Of a DNA stretch of 64,000 nucleotides, positions 47,141 through 57,327 are shown piece after piece (positions within the stretch are counted from its first letter, which is position 1; each line of letters begins with the position of its first letter). The notes under the pieces were generated by a model. That model saw only the letters and a program-made list of their open reading frames with translations, did no database searches and was not told the DNA's origin. The DNA is from an uncultured Methanosarcinales archaeon. Lineage in GTDB: Archaea; Nanobdellota; Nanobdellia; Woesearchaeales; SM23-78. Location of the stretch: positions 3,887 to 67,886 of the forward strand of contig CAYGYA010000049.1 in the NCBI GenBank assembly GCA_964354085.1, given 5' to 3'. The position numbers and the translations under genes are program-made.

Positions 47141-47530
47141 GATTTGTTTCATTACTTTATCATCGAGTATAATCCAGTAAACCACTACTGTTTCTGGCGT
47201 AATCATGCCTTTGAGCTCCTCTGGAATTGCCATGTCAAATATCTCGTAAGTCTCAACGTCCATGACATTAGCCATGTCACCGCTAACGCTCAGGACCTGG
47301 GCGTTCTTCTTGTCAATCACTGGGACGTCAAGCTCTGCGTGGCCAGGAGTAAGCAGCTGCCTTTTCTTGTTGTCAATAATGCCGACAGCCTCAAGCCTGA
47401 CCTTGGAGTGGCCGTGCTTTCCAGGCCTTGAAGTCTGGATTCCTGTCACTGAACAAGCAGCTCCATCAATCACAATATAGTTGCCAATCTTAAAGTTAAC
47501 TGCTCCTTTCCTCTTAACCTCACCAGCCAT
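47129..47530 (-). CDS. eif5a: translation initiation factor 5A (aIF5A)
   Basis: Hypusine loop TSRPGKHGHSKV with the conserved Lys, N-terminal SH3-like and C-terminal OB-like parts. Start at MAGEVKRKG. Confidence 0.85.
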   Translation of the reverse strand: MAGEVKRKGAVNFKIGNYIVIDGAACSVTGIQTSRPGKHGHSKVRLEAVGIIDNKKRQLLTPGHAELDVPVIDKKNAQVLSVSGDMANVMDVETYEIFDMAIPEELKGMITPETVVVYWIILDDKVMKQIKTA

Positions 47531-47695
47531 AATTCTCACCATTAAAACTTGTTAAAAATGATTATATCCCAGAGGATAACCATATATTTAAAAAGCTTTC
47601 TAAAAAGCCTTTAAAAAAGTCTTTAGGGAAAAGTTTAAGGGGGATATTCACTGCGTTCAATCCCCCGAACCAATAAAGATAATCTTCAGCTTTAT

Positions 47696-48439
47696 TCAGG
47701 CTTTAGCAATCTTCCATATAGCTTCAAAGTATTTCCTGAAATTATCAGCTATTTCTTTTGAGTGGATAAGGTAAGCAACCGGCTTATCCCTCCATGCAGT
47801 AAACAGAATTTTATCATGATATATGTCTATCAAGGATGGAAGAGGGAAATCAACAAATTTCAATTCCATAAAGGATGGCGGGCTTTCAAAATATTTGGAT
47901 TTCTTAAAATCCAAAGTGGAGATTCCCTTTAGCTTGATTCCTAATTTCTTATAAAAGGCAAATTCTTTTTGATAAAAAGAGCTGGCAATTTCCTGGTATT
48001 CTTCGTCATAAACATAGAAGAAAAGCAGGAAATCCTTTTCTGTGTGGTCCTCAAGCAGGAGGTCATAGGCTGTTTTTAGTCCTGCCATTCCAAGGAATAT
48101 CTCTGAATCTTCTTTTGGCACAAGCCCTCTTATCTTTTCCAAGCTAGGCAATAGTTTCTTTAATAATTCCTTGTTGTCGCTAATCTCCTTTTCTTTTTTC
48201 TCAAGAAAATCTGCTAGCCTGTTAGGTGCTATGGCTTGGAAATGCTTGGTTTTCTCCTTGATAACAAAACTAACAAGGCCTTTATCTGTCAGTCTTTTCA
48301 GTACTTCATAGATTTTTGAATAGGAAATACCCGCTTCCTTCGCAATGGGCCCTACTGTCGAGGTTCCTGATTTTAATAGCGCTAAGTATGCTTTTGCTTC
48401 TCCTTCTGTTAATCCCAGCTTCTTAAGGTCTTCTTTCAT
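47696..48439 (-). CDS. TrmB-family transcriptional regulator
   Basis: N-terminal LTEGEAKAYLALLKSGTSTVGPIAKEAGISYSKIYEVLKRLTDKGLV wHTH. A C-terminal TrmB-like domain follows. Confidence 0.65.
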   Translation of the reverse strand: MKEDLKKLGLTEGEAKAYLALLKSGTSTVGPIAKEAGISYSKIYEVLKRLTDKGLVSFVIKEKTKHFQAIAPNRLADFLEKKEKEISDNKELLKKLLPSLEKIRGLVPKEDSEIFLGMAGLKTAYDLLLEDHTEKDFLLFFYVYDEEYQEIASSFYQKEFAFYKKLGIKLKGISTLDFKKSKYFESPPSFMELKFVDFPLPSLIDIYHDKILFTAWRDKPVAYLIHSKEIADNFRKYFEAIWKIAKA

Positions 48440-48546
48440 AGGGCATAAATTAGATTATCCTTATTTAAATCTTTCTATAATACACCCCTAAGGGGGGCGA
48501 TAATATATAAAAATAAAACCATATAACCACTCTTTGGTGATTAAAC

Positions 48547-49365
48547 ATGAAAGCTAAAGATTGGGCAATAAATATATGGAAAAGAGAAGAAAAGAACTGG
48601 GTAAACAGGCAACAGGACCTTAATTACAGGGAATGCCTTGTCCACCCTGCTCTTGAAGAGCAATTAAGAGGGATTCGTACGAATAACGGTGTTTTTGTTG
48701 ATTTGGGCTGCGGAGATGGCACAGAAACAAGGTTTCTTAAGCGGGTTTTGGAAAAAAAAGGCTTTAATCAGTTCTATGGATTTGATATTAACAATGGCTT
48801 CATAAAAAAAGCTCAGGACAGTGGGAAGATAAACAAAGGGATTGTGTTTGATTGCGGAGAGCTTTCAGACCTTATAAAAAAATATGAGCTTTATGAGCGC
48901 GCAGATTTAGCAACATCGTTATTTGTGATGCAGGACGAGCCTAACTGCAAAGGGTTAATTGCAGCAATGCAGAATTACATAAAAAGAAAAGGCGTGCTAC
49001 TTGCAGTCACTGTTCATCCACAGTTCGCAGAACAACTAGCAAGAAAAGATGCATTAAAAATTGATAATGAAGTAGAGAAATCTAAAAAAGATGATTACTT
49101 GTATGCAGCAAAATATCCTATAACAGAAGCCGGAAGGTCTCCATTTTATGTAACCTATTTTCAAAGGGCTTTGTCTGATTATGTCAGAATGCTTGAGAAG
49201 CACTTCCACATTGAAGAAATCAAAGGGCTTAAGCCTTCAAAACAACTGCTTGCTATTGCTGAAAAAGGAAAAATAGCTCCTTTCTTTGAAGAGAAACACA
49301 ATGTCTACTGGCCAAAGATAGCTGAAATATCTTCAACAGTCATAATCAAGGGAGTAAAGAAATAA
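48547..49365 (+). CDS. class I SAM-dependent methyltransferase
   Basis: Motif I FVDLGCGDGTET and motif II GFDIN. Confidence 0.6.
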   Translation: MKAKDWAINIWKREEKNWVNRQQDLNYRECLVHPALEEQLRGIRTNNGVFVDLGCGDGTETRFLKRVLEKKGFNQFYGFDINNGFIKKAQDSGKINKGIVFDCGELSDLIKKYELYERADLATSLFVMQDEPNCKGLIAAMQNYIKRKGVLLAVTVHPQFAEQLARKDALKIDNEVEKSKKDDYLYAAKYPITEAGRSPFYVTYFQRALSDYVRMLEKHFHIEEIKGLKPSKQLLAIAEKGKIAPFFEEKHNVYWPKIAEISSTVIIKGVKK

Positions 49366-49383
49366 GAGAGTTGATGCCTTAAG

Positions 49384-49965
49384 ATGATTACAAAAAATAA
49401 ACACACAGAGGAATTCCTGCTAAGTAAAAGTCATCCAGTGATTAATTTGTTCTTTAAATTTGCTCAACTGAAGAATTTGTATAGACAAGGATGGCTAAAA
49501 AGAGGTGTTTCAAAATTAGACTGCGAGACTGTTGCAGAACATTCCTTTGGAGTTGCTTTATTGGGATACGTAATTGCAGGAGAACATGCAAGCTTAGACC
49601 GGGATTATATTATGAAATTAGGGCTAATTCATGATATAGGAGAAGTATATGCAGGTGATATAACTCCTAAAGACAATATTAGTGCAGAGGATAAAACGCA
49701 AAAAGAATATGATGGTATTCGAAAAGTGTTTTCAGGTTTTCCTAATCCTGACAATTACGTCTCTTTATGGAAAGAATTTGAAAATCAAACATCTCCAGAA
49801 GCAAAATTTGTGAAAGAAGTAGATAGATTAGAAATGGCCTTACAGGCTTATTTATATGAAAGAATGAATTACAAAGGATTGAATGATTTATTCCCTTATA
49901 TTCAAGAAAGAATAACCTCTCAAGAATTAAAGCCCATACTAAATGAGCTCCTAAAATTAAGATGA
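49384..49965 (+). CDS. HD-domain hydrolase (YfbR-like 5'-nucleotidase type)
   Basis: AEHSFGVALLG (first His) and LIHDIGEVYAGDITP (HD ... D) match the YfbR-type HD pattern. Confidence 0.65.
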   Translation: MITKNKHTEEFLLSKSHPVINLFFKFAQLKNLYRQGWLKRGVSKLDCETVAEHSFGVALLGYVIAGEHASLDRDYIMKLGLIHDIGEVYAGDITPKDNISAEDKTQKEYDGIRKVFSGFPNPDNYVSLWKEFENQTSPEAKFVKEVDRLEMALQAYLYERMNYKGLNDLFPYIQERITSQELKPILNELLKLR

Positions 49966-49998
49966 AACAATCTGAGAGTTTTAAAAGTACAAGAAAAC

Positions 49999-50598
49999 TC
50001 ACACTCCTTTCTCCGGGTGGAATGGCTTGCCCCAATCAACAGGAGATTTTAGTTGGAGGTACTGTTTTATGGTGTTGTGCAGCCTGAAAGCTGTAAGATA
50101 CAAGTCATGCTTATAGCTCTTAATGTTCTCAAGATAAAACCTTTCCCTGAACCATCTGTCAAAAATCTTAAGGATAGGATTCTTCTGCCACTTATTCTGG
50201 TAATCAAGCTGCAGCCATGCCTCTATGAATAGGATAACATCGCCTTTATTAGTGGTAAATTTCTGTCCTTTATGCATGATCTCAATCTTTTTCATGTAAA
50301 GGACTACCCAGTCGATTTTCAAGTAATACCTGTAGTATTTATTATCCCTTGGCACCTGGACCCCTCTCCACCATATCCTATGCTCTTTCTGGCCATTAGC
50401 AAATGAGCGGTCAAGATAAAGAGCTTCAATCTTGTCATCGCCACTGTCTACAGCTACAAATCCTTCATCTCCAAGCCACTCCCATATAAGCTTGTAAAGA
50501 TTCTTGAGGTGAAAGGTTTCCTCATTCTCAAGCTCAAACCTGGTGGCTAAGATATCTCTCTCATTCCCAGGCCTTAGTTGAGCAGGTGGATTTGCCAT
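49999..50598 (-). CDS. hypothetical protein
   Basis: 199-aa Trp-rich ORF. No motif recognised. Confidence 0.4.
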   Translation of the reverse strand: MANPPAQLRPGNERDILATRFELENEETFHLKNLYKLIWEWLGDEGFVAVDSGDDKIEALYLDRSFANGQKEHRIWWRGVQVPRDNKYYRYYLKIDWVVLYMKKIEIMHKGQKFTTNKGDVILFIEAWLQLDYQNKWQKNPILKIFDRWFRERFYLENIKSYKHDLYLTAFRLHNTIKQYLQLKSPVDWGKPFHPEKGV

Positions 50599-50624
50599 AG
50601 TATAACCTCTGATTTAGGGATTAT

Positions 50625-51401
50625 TTAAATCTTTTGTAAAGCAACTTTTTTTCTCTTTTCTATGTTATTCCTTATTAAGGTTTGTTTCATAACTCCTTCC
50701 TTGATAAATGCGCCAAACATCCTCCTGAAGAATAGATATGTAGGCATTGGATTAGTATCTATCCTTATCTTATTGCGCTTAACAGCATCTATAACTGCAT
50801 CCTTGTTCTTTGCAGAATCAATCCATGTATAGGTGGAACCTAGCTCGTAGAGTTTGTGAGCATCAGAAGTGCCTATTATTGGCTTATGATATTTTTCTGC
50901 TATTGCAACAGCCCTTGGATTGCCTGCTATGAACTTAAAAAAAGGATTAATCAGGGCTTTGGTGTAAAAATGACTGAATTCTATTGCATGGAATTTGTCA
51001 ATGTGCTTTACAAGCTTGGTATCCAGGCAGTGGCCTGTTAGGAAAAAAGGATGAGGAGCAATTATCAGTGCAGAATCCTTTATTTTTTCCAGGTCTTCAA
51101 ATTTTTTTATTCTTGCAAGCTCATCATTGGTTATGTTAATTATTAAGACATCTTTGCCACGTATCCTGGCCTCTGCTCCAGGGATAAGAAGAATGCCTTT
51201 CTTTTTTGCATAACTCTTAATAGCCTGATTAAAGAACACGCTCATATGATTGGTTATGGATAATACTTCAAACTTTTGCTTAGCAGCCAGCCTTATAAGG
51301 TCTTTTGCAGAATACTTAACAAACCAGGAATCATAAAGGTCTTCATGGGTGTGAATGTGCAAATCTGATTTCAAAAAATTATTATTTTTTGATTTTAGCA
51401 T
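50625..51401 (-). CDS. PHP-domain metal-dependent phosphoesterase
   Basis: N-terminal DLHIHTH (the HxH of the PHP fold), then later His/Asp ligands (SITNH, TSDAH). Confidence 0.6.
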   Translation of the reverse strand: MLKSKNNNFLKSDLHIHTHEDLYDSWFVKYSAKDLIRLAAKQKFEVLSITNHMSVFFNQAIKSYAKKKGILLIPGAEARIRGKDVLIINITNDELARIKKFEDLEKIKDSALIIAPHPFFLTGHCLDTKLVKHIDKFHAIEFSHFYTKALINPFFKFIAGNPRAVAIAEKYHKPIIGTSDAHKLYELGSTYTWIDSAKNKDAVIDAVKRNKIRIDTNPMPTYLFFRRMFGAFIKEGVMKQTLIRNNIEKRKKVALQKI

Positions 51402-51427
51402 GAATAATATCCTCTAAAATTTGAACT

Positions 51428-52603
51428 CTAGTCCAAGAACTCCTGCTTTTTTATCTTTTCTGGCAGGTATTTTTCAGAAATAAAACTGATTCCTTTTGAT
51501 GACAATGCCTGGATTTCTACTTTTGCCCCAAAGTCTTTCATCATCTTGAACTGCCTCTGCCAAGCTTTGTGCTTCACAAACCATTCATAGTTCTGCATCT
51601 GCTTTAGCCTCGCGATGTCCTTATCTGTCAGCTTGATGAAGTGCCTTTTCAGGTCGTAGTTAACTACATCATCACAGGTTATTCCCAGGAACTTGACATC
51701 TGATATTGCCATCTCATCTGCCATGTGAGCCAAGCTTATGCTTCCAAATTTTAGTACAGAATAAATATACCATCCCCAGGGGTCGTTATCTGCAAGGACA
51801 TATATTGGCAGCTTATGCTCTGTGGAGAGCCTCTGGAGAAGCCTTCTGATTCCTCGCGTTGTCTGGCCTTGTGATGACATGATTATGCAGTTCTGCTTTG
51901 CCCAGAACTTGTCTTCGTGAAGACGTTCCCATACTGCTGCTTTCTCCATGTAAATAACGTATCTAGCTTCTACTTTCTTGAACTTGATATTCTCAACATT
52001 ACTGGGGATTGACCATCCTCCTGAACCTAGCTTTGACCAGTCTATTATGTCGCCAGAGTCTTCAACAACTACTTTGCCTGCGACGCTTCCCATCTTGTTG
52101 GCATTAACATTAAGGTTTTCTCTAGAATAGCCTGTTATCAGCTCCAAGTCTTCGATTGATTTGTCTGATTCTGTCTGTTCATCAACAACATTAATCTTGG
52201 TGTTAGGGATGGTTCTCTTTGCCATGTAGAATACGTCTCTCAGGCTTGCGTGCTTGGTAACATCAAGCAGGTTCTTGCATATGGAAGCAATCTCTATTGT
52301 TTGCAAAAATTTTTTTGAGTGCGCAACATTGAAGAAGAATCTCTGGGCTGTCTTGTCTCCTAGGCCAATGGTTTTTGATTCCTTGTCATAAACCACATTA
52401 CTTAATCCTCTCACAGAAAGTTCTATGTGAGGGTTTTTTCCCTTGTTAATATCGTCTATAATACCATAGCCTAGCTTGATGAGCTCTTTTTTTGCGTCAG
52501 CAGTGTTTGCAGCTTCTTTCCCGCTCAAGGATTCTTTCTTAGCTTCAGTCTTAGGTTCTTTCTTAGATTCTTTTTTTGCATCTTCTTCTTTTGCTTTTGG
52601 CAT
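51428..52603 (-). CDS. top6A: DNA topoisomerase VI subunit A (Spo11-like)
   Basis: Catalytic Tyr context LRDVFYMAK, TOPRIM ADNDPWGWYI, and a long Lys-rich N-terminal tail. Confidence 0.9.
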   Translation of the reverse strand: MPKAKEEDAKKESKKEPKTEAKKESLSGKEAANTADAKKELIKLGYGIIDDINKGKNPHIELSVRGLSNVVYDKESKTIGLGDKTAQRFFFNVAHSKKFLQTIEIASICKNLLDVTKHASLRDVFYMAKRTIPNTKINVVDEQTESDKSIEDLELITGYSRENLNVNANKMGSVAGKVVVEDSGDIIDWSKLGSGGWSIPSNVENIKFKKVEARYVIYMEKAAVWERLHEDKFWAKQNCIIMSSQGQTTRGIRRLLQRLSTEHKLPIYVLADNDPWGWYIYSVLKFGSISLAHMADEMAISDVKFLGITCDDVVNYDLKRHFIKLTDKDIARLKQMQNYEWFVKHKAWQRQFKMMKDFGAKVEIQALSSKGISFISEKYLPEKIKKQEFLD

Positions 52604-52640
52604 TTTATTTTTCTAACTCCTCATTATACTCTATTGTGCT

Positions 52641-54296
52641 CTATTCTTTCTCTGCTTTTTCAGAGCCATTATTCCCATTACCATTACCGTTATTGTTTTT
52701 CTCGTCTTCATCAACTTCTCCTTTTAATGACTCCATGTCCATGATTTCTTTTTGTATCTCTTCCTTCTTAATCATATCCTGTAGTTTCTTGAGAAGCTTT
52801 TCCTTGCTTTCTCCTGTTAGTCTTGAAAGAGAGTCTGCAACTTCAGGTATGTACCTTTCAAAAAGGTTGGCTCTATCGAGCTGATTCTTTACTTTGTGTT
52901 TCTTATGAACATAGGTCTGTAATCTTCTTCCTGCTTCCTGCAAAGCAAGCTTTACCTCGCTGATTATCTCCGGGTAATGAGCAATTGCTTCTTTTGATTC
53001 TGAAGTAAATGGCACCCATACGCTTGCTATGTGTACGGCAATTGTTACTGGCCCATTAGGCAGTGCGCCATTGCTCTGGTTCAGGCCATAAGGCTTCCAG
53101 TTAGTCTGGGTTACACTCTTGAAAATACTACAAGCTCCTTGCTGGTAAAGAAGAGGGACTCTGTTGGCAAACCTCAGGAGATTAATAGTTTGGTCAGTTG
53201 GCTGAGTGCCACCGTAGGCAATAGCTACTTCTACTTGAAAGGGATTGCCTCGATAAACAGCAGGGCTTCTGCTTACTGCGCAATAAAACTCTGCATTAAC
53301 TTCTTTTCTCAAGCCTTTTTCAAAAGCTTCTTCTCCAATTGGGCTTATGCAGTCTGTTGGTGGGCTGATGATTTTTGTGTTTTTGATTGCATTGATAAGC
53401 TTCTCTGCATCATCTCTTGTGATTTTCTTGGGCGAAGTGCTTGGCGGGACAAGGGCTTTCTCGCATATTTCTTTTGCAGTCCCTGGGCCTACTCGTGAGA
53501 ATTCGCTTGTCAGGAATGCCTGCAATGTCCTGTTGTCTGTGTTGCTCAGCATTTTTAGGAGTATGCCGAGCTCGATTCCATAGGGATGAGGCTTTATCTC
53601 AATGGGTTGCTTTGGCAACACCTGCGTTGCCCTAGGAAAAATTATCTGCTCTGCTTTTGGATTAACATAGGTAATGTTAACATGAGGATTAATTATTGCT
53701 GTCTGTTTCAGGTATTCGTCAACGCTCTGAGGGCCTTTTAGATAGCTTCCTTCCAAATCCAGCTCTACTCTTGTGCCCTGAGGCTTTTCCCATTCCTGCT
53801 CCTCATCCTTGAGAATTAGCGGTTTATTATTGGCAGTGTCAATTTTTAATTCATAGTAATGCGCAGGCTTATCAGGCGCTATTTTTGATATTATTTTTGC
53901 AGGCCTGCCTGTTGTGAGCTGAGCATACATGACGCTTGCGCTGATTCCTATTCCTTGCTGTCCTCTGCTCTGTTTAAGCCTGTGGAACTTGCTTCCGTAC
54001 AAGAGCTTTGCAAAAACCTTGGGTATCTGATTGGATACAATTCCAGGACCATTGTCCTCTATTACTGCCCTGAACCTGTCATTGCCCATGTCAACAAGCT
54101 CAATCATTATTTCTGGGAGTATGTCTGCTTCTTCACAAGCATCCAGAGAATTATCAACAGCTTCCTTAACTGCTGTGAGAAGAGCTTTTCTCTTATTATC
54201 AAAGCCAAGCAAGTGCCTATTCTTCTCAAAAAACTCAGCAATAGAGATTTCTCTCTGCTTTTTTGCCATTTCCTCTGCCTTGATTGCTTCAGCCAT
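52641..54296 (-). CDS. top6B: DNA topoisomerase VI subunit B (GHKL ATPase)
   Basis: Bergerat-fold motifs VKEAVDNSLDACEE, IEDNGPGI and GQQGIGISA, a transducer domain, and an acidic Asn/Gly-rich C-terminal tail. Lies immediately upstream of top6A. Confidence 0.9.
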   Translation of the reverse strand: MAEAIKAEEMAKKQREISIAEFFEKNRHLLGFDNKRKALLTAVKEAVDNSLDACEEADILPEIMIELVDMGNDRFRAVIEDNGPGIVSNQIPKVFAKLLYGSKFHRLKQSRGQQGIGISASVMYAQLTTGRPAKIISKIAPDKPAHYYELKIDTANNKPLILKDEEQEWEKPQGTRVELDLEGSYLKGPQSVDEYLKQTAIINPHVNITYVNPKAEQIIFPRATQVLPKQPIEIKPHPYGIELGILLKMLSNTDNRTLQAFLTSEFSRVGPGTAKEICEKALVPPSTSPKKITRDDAEKLINAIKNTKIISPPTDCISPIGEEAFEKGLRKEVNAEFYCAVSRSPAVYRGNPFQVEVAIAYGGTQPTDQTINLLRFANRVPLLYQQGACSIFKSVTQTNWKPYGLNQSNGALPNGPVTIAVHIASVWVPFTSESKEAIAHYPEIISEVKLALQEAGRRLQTYVHKKHKVKNQLDRANLFERYIPEVADSLSRLTGESKEKLLKKLQDMIKKEEIQKEIMDMESLKGEVDEDEKNNNGNGNGNNGSEKAEKE

Positions 54297-54410
54297 TTTA
54301 ATTAGAACTTTAAAAAGGTTATAAGTTATTTATAAACCTTTGCTTAATGCCTACAATTTTTTTTCAGATTATTAGGAAGTTATTTATATTAAATACGCTT
54401 CTTTTATGAC

Positions 54411-54854
54411 GTGATTCCAAACTTTTTTTCAAAAAAGGAAATGCCAAAGAACATACCTGAAGCTATGGAGAAAATAGTTAAAGAGCTAAAGAAGTCAGCA
54501 AGCAAACAAGCCTGTCTTAGAAAAGCTTATGAGCTGCTTGCCAAAAAATATTACGGGGACAGGTTAATGACTTACACTCATTTATTTGAACTATTTAATG
54601 CTGATCCTGTTGTTTTATGGGACAAAAGAGGTTATTTGCATTGCACACACATTAACTATTTGTTAAGAATACTCCTAGTTAAGAGTGGTTGTTTCAAGGA
54701 TGAAGATATAAAACTTAAATGGACTGTTATATGGTACCTCAGCCCTCACCAATACCTAGAAATAAGACTGAATGACCAGAAAACTGTGAATGTTGATGTC
54801 TGGGGAATTAAATATGGCATAAAATTTGGAGATTATGCTCACGGATTCCATTAA
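54411..54854 (+). CDS. hypothetical protein
   Basis: 147-aa ORF. No motif recognised. Confidence 0.35.
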   Translation: MIPNFFSKKEMPKNIPEAMEKIVKELKKSASKQACLRKAYELLAKKYYGDRLMTYTHLFELFNADPVVLWDKRGYLHCTHINYLLRILLVKSGCFKDEDIKLKWTVIWYLSPHQYLEIRLNDQKTVNVDVWGIKYGIKFGDYAHGFH

Positions 54855-54878
54855 AATATGTTGACCTGCAACAGTTTA

Positions 54879-55493
54879 TTACGACATTGGCGAGGCAATA
54901 TCTTTTTTGCCAGCAACCCTATGATATAATTTTTTAAATGAAGAATTGAGATAATCATTGATTCTCCTTGATACTGGATGCAATCCTGCCATTGCACTTA
55001 TCCAGCAGAGCCCGCCAAAAACCCACGAAGCAGACCTTCTTAAGCTCTCTGCCATTTCAGTATGTTCCTTGAGCATAAAGTTTGAGAATAGCATGGTTGT
55101 CTGGAAAACAGAAATGTCTGCAACATAATCAGCTGCAATAAATGTCCCAACAAATTTTCCAAATTCCTTGCTAAATATTTTCTTGTATTTTTCTTTGTTT
55201 CTTAGGTATTCAATGCCAAAAGCGGTACTATAACCGCATGCATATCCTATTACATAGCTGCCAGCAAGTGAAGCAAATTCACTAGTATACCCTAGTGCAT
55301 GAGCAGCCTTTGGTCCAATCGCTGCGCCGGCTGTAGAAGCAAAAAGAGGCACAACTAATCCTTTCATGTAATATTTCCAATTTGCAGGATAGTTTTTTAC
55401 TTGCGCTTTAAGTTCAGTCAGGAGCGTTGGTTTTTCAACTGGGTTTTCAACCCTCTGCTCTAATGATTTATCTAAAGAAGTCAGATCAGACAT
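54879..55493 (-). CDS. hypothetical (possibly membrane-associated) protein
   Basis: 204-aa ORF with a Gly/Ala-rich hydrophobic segment. Confidence 0.35.
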   Translation of the reverse strand: MSDLTSLDKSLEQRVENPVEKPTLLTELKAQVKNYPANWKYYMKGLVVPLFASTAGAAIGPKAAHALGYTSEFASLAGSYVIGYACGYSTAFGIEYLRNKEKYKKIFSKEFGKFVGTFIAADYVADISVFQTTMLFSNFMLKEHTEMAESLRRSASWVFGGLCWISAMAGLHPVSRRINDYLNSSFKKLYHRVAGKKDIASPMS

Positions 55494-56193
55494 TTATTCC
55501 ACACCCTTGAAGGCGTTTCTCAAGCTCTTTTCCAGAAGCTGCCACATAAAAATTGTGCGCTGGCCTTGAACTATCATTATGCTGTGCACGAATTGCTTCA
55601 GAAGGGTCAATGTATGGTGTGAAAAGTATTCCTGCCCATCCAAACTGCTCAATCCCTGTTCTCAGATAGCTTTCCTTGTCATCAATAAAGAGGACCCTAT
55701 TGTATCCTTTAATCTGCTGATAGATTTCAGGTTGTGGTTTTACTGAACCAACTTGAAATGAGTAAATAGCAGGCATTGAATTATCATAGAGGTTGAGAAC
55801 ATCAGGCCATTGCCTGTTTATAGTATCCAGTGCAAAAGCACTCATGTTAGACAACAATCCCACTGAATAACCTGCCCGGTATGCCCTGAATTTCAAATCA
55901 ATCATTTCTCTTATTTCTCCGGGCCAGTTGAGTTTAATTAGTCCCATTATCTGTTCCTTAGGGATAGGAGTATTTGGTGATATGAGGTTTGCTACGCCAG
56001 ATAAATTCTCTTCAACTGATATTTTTCCGAGCAGCGCGTCAATTTCAATGTTACTTTCACTATACACCTTGGCAAACTCATCTGTAGTGCATCCTCTTAT
56101 TTGTGCTGCTTTCTCATAAAAGCTTTTATAGTCCAGCTTCACAAGAACAGCGCCAACATCAAATAGAACAAGGGTCTTTCTCATTCCTTTCAT
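55486..56193 (-). CDS. HAD-like hydrolase
   Basis: N-terminal LVLFDVGAVLV (motif I-like) and C-terminal VLFIDDKESY (motif IV-like D[D]). Confidence 0.5.
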   Translation of the reverse strand: MKGMRKTLVLFDVGAVLVKLDYKSFYEKAAQIRGCTTDEFAKVYSESNIEIDALLGKISVEENLSGVANLISPNTPIPKEQIMGLIKLNWPGEIREMIDLKFRAYRAGYSVGLLSNMSAFALDTINRQWPDVLNLYDNSMPAIYSFQVGSVKPQPEIYQQIKGYNRVLFIDDKESYLRTGIEQFGWAGILFTPYIDPSEAIRAQHNDSSRPAHNFYVAASGKELEKRLQGCGINV

Positions 56194-57226
56194 AATTCAT
56201 TCCAACTCGCTGGGTTAAAATCTGGCTTGCATGCATATATTTCTCCAGTGCTCATGTAATGAGCTATAAGAGCGCCAGCACACTGGTGCAGTATTGCTCC
56301 TGTGTTTGCTGGGGTTGTCTTTTCAATATGATCAGGGTCTGCTTTTGACTTATCAAACAGTTTGGCTTTGATTACTCTGCATACAGAATTGAAATCGTCA
56401 CGATAAGCAAGCAGTTCTCTGTGTTCCTTGTAATCTATAGCAGTATTCCAACGATTAAGAACATCATTAAATGACTTGTTTGTCCTGATTCTGGTAACAT
56501 AATGAGGATTGCCTTCTATCATTCCCCCTGAGAGCTTGCCTATCAGCTCTGCAGAAATCACATCTTCTTTTGTCAGGCCAACTTCCTCAACAAGCTCAGC
56601 ATCAAGCGACTCAAAAATTGGGTCTTTGCCAGTATGGTATTCTATTGAGCCTGCTGGGACAGACATTATTGTATCAGCAAAATTATATCCTCCTCTCAAT
56701 CCCAGAACAATAAAATCATCTGCTGTAATCAGGACGTTGCTTATGGATATTGCCTTTAGGGGAGACGTTTTGATTTTTCCTCGCCTAAGAAGCTGGGTCG
56801 CGTATGAATGCGCTGTTGTTGCTTCCAGGGTAAGCATGCCTTTTTCATACTTGTCACCTGAAATATGAAGCAGCAAGTCATTCCACCATGGCAGGAATAT
56901 TGCGTCCTCGCTTTGAGCCTCTGCTGGTATTCCAGCCAGGTTCATTAAATCATGAAAGTGTTTTTTCCATTCTTCCTGAGATTTTATTGCCTGCCTTAAT
57001 TCTTCAACCTTGACCTTATCCAGGGCTATAGGAGGAATTTCAGCTATGCCTAGTTTAGCTCTTGTTGCTTTTACTAGGTCTTCAATGCTGCCAGATATTT
57101 CCTTGTTTTCTCTTAGATTATCTCTTCTCTTAGATTATCTCCCTTTTGCAGATAATTGTATTTAATGCCTTGCCCTGGCTTAAGTGCCGGCAGATATACA
57201 TATTCAATATTAAGTAAAGTATCCAT
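56190..57226 (-). pseudogene. gene (~340 aa, unknown function) interrupted by a frameshift created by a perfect 17-nt tandem duplication
   Basis: The Met at 57226 opens a frame that stops in the second copy of ttctcttagattatctc (57108-57124, 57125-57141). Deleting one 17-nt copy restores a continuous frame into ORF 56190..56945, reading MDTLL...QKGDNLREENKEISGSIEDLVKATRAKLGIAEIPP...HDLMNLAGIPAEAQ.... Confidence 0.5.
57108..57141. repeat. perfect 2 x 17-nt tandem duplication (ttctcttagattatctc)
   Basis: Exact direct repeat read from the sequence. Confidence 0.9.
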
Positions 57227-57327
57227 TTAAGTTATTATAGGGGGAGAGGTTTATAAATGTTTCGTTTTTTTATCACCAAGAAGTGAGAACATTATAAAGG
57301 GTGTGTTTGTGGCTAAAAAAGCATAAT

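Noticed and set aside
57108-57141. Possible CRISPR or minisatellite
   Set aside because: It is only two perfect 17-nt copies with no spacer. This is a simple tandem duplication inside a coding region, not a CRISPR array.
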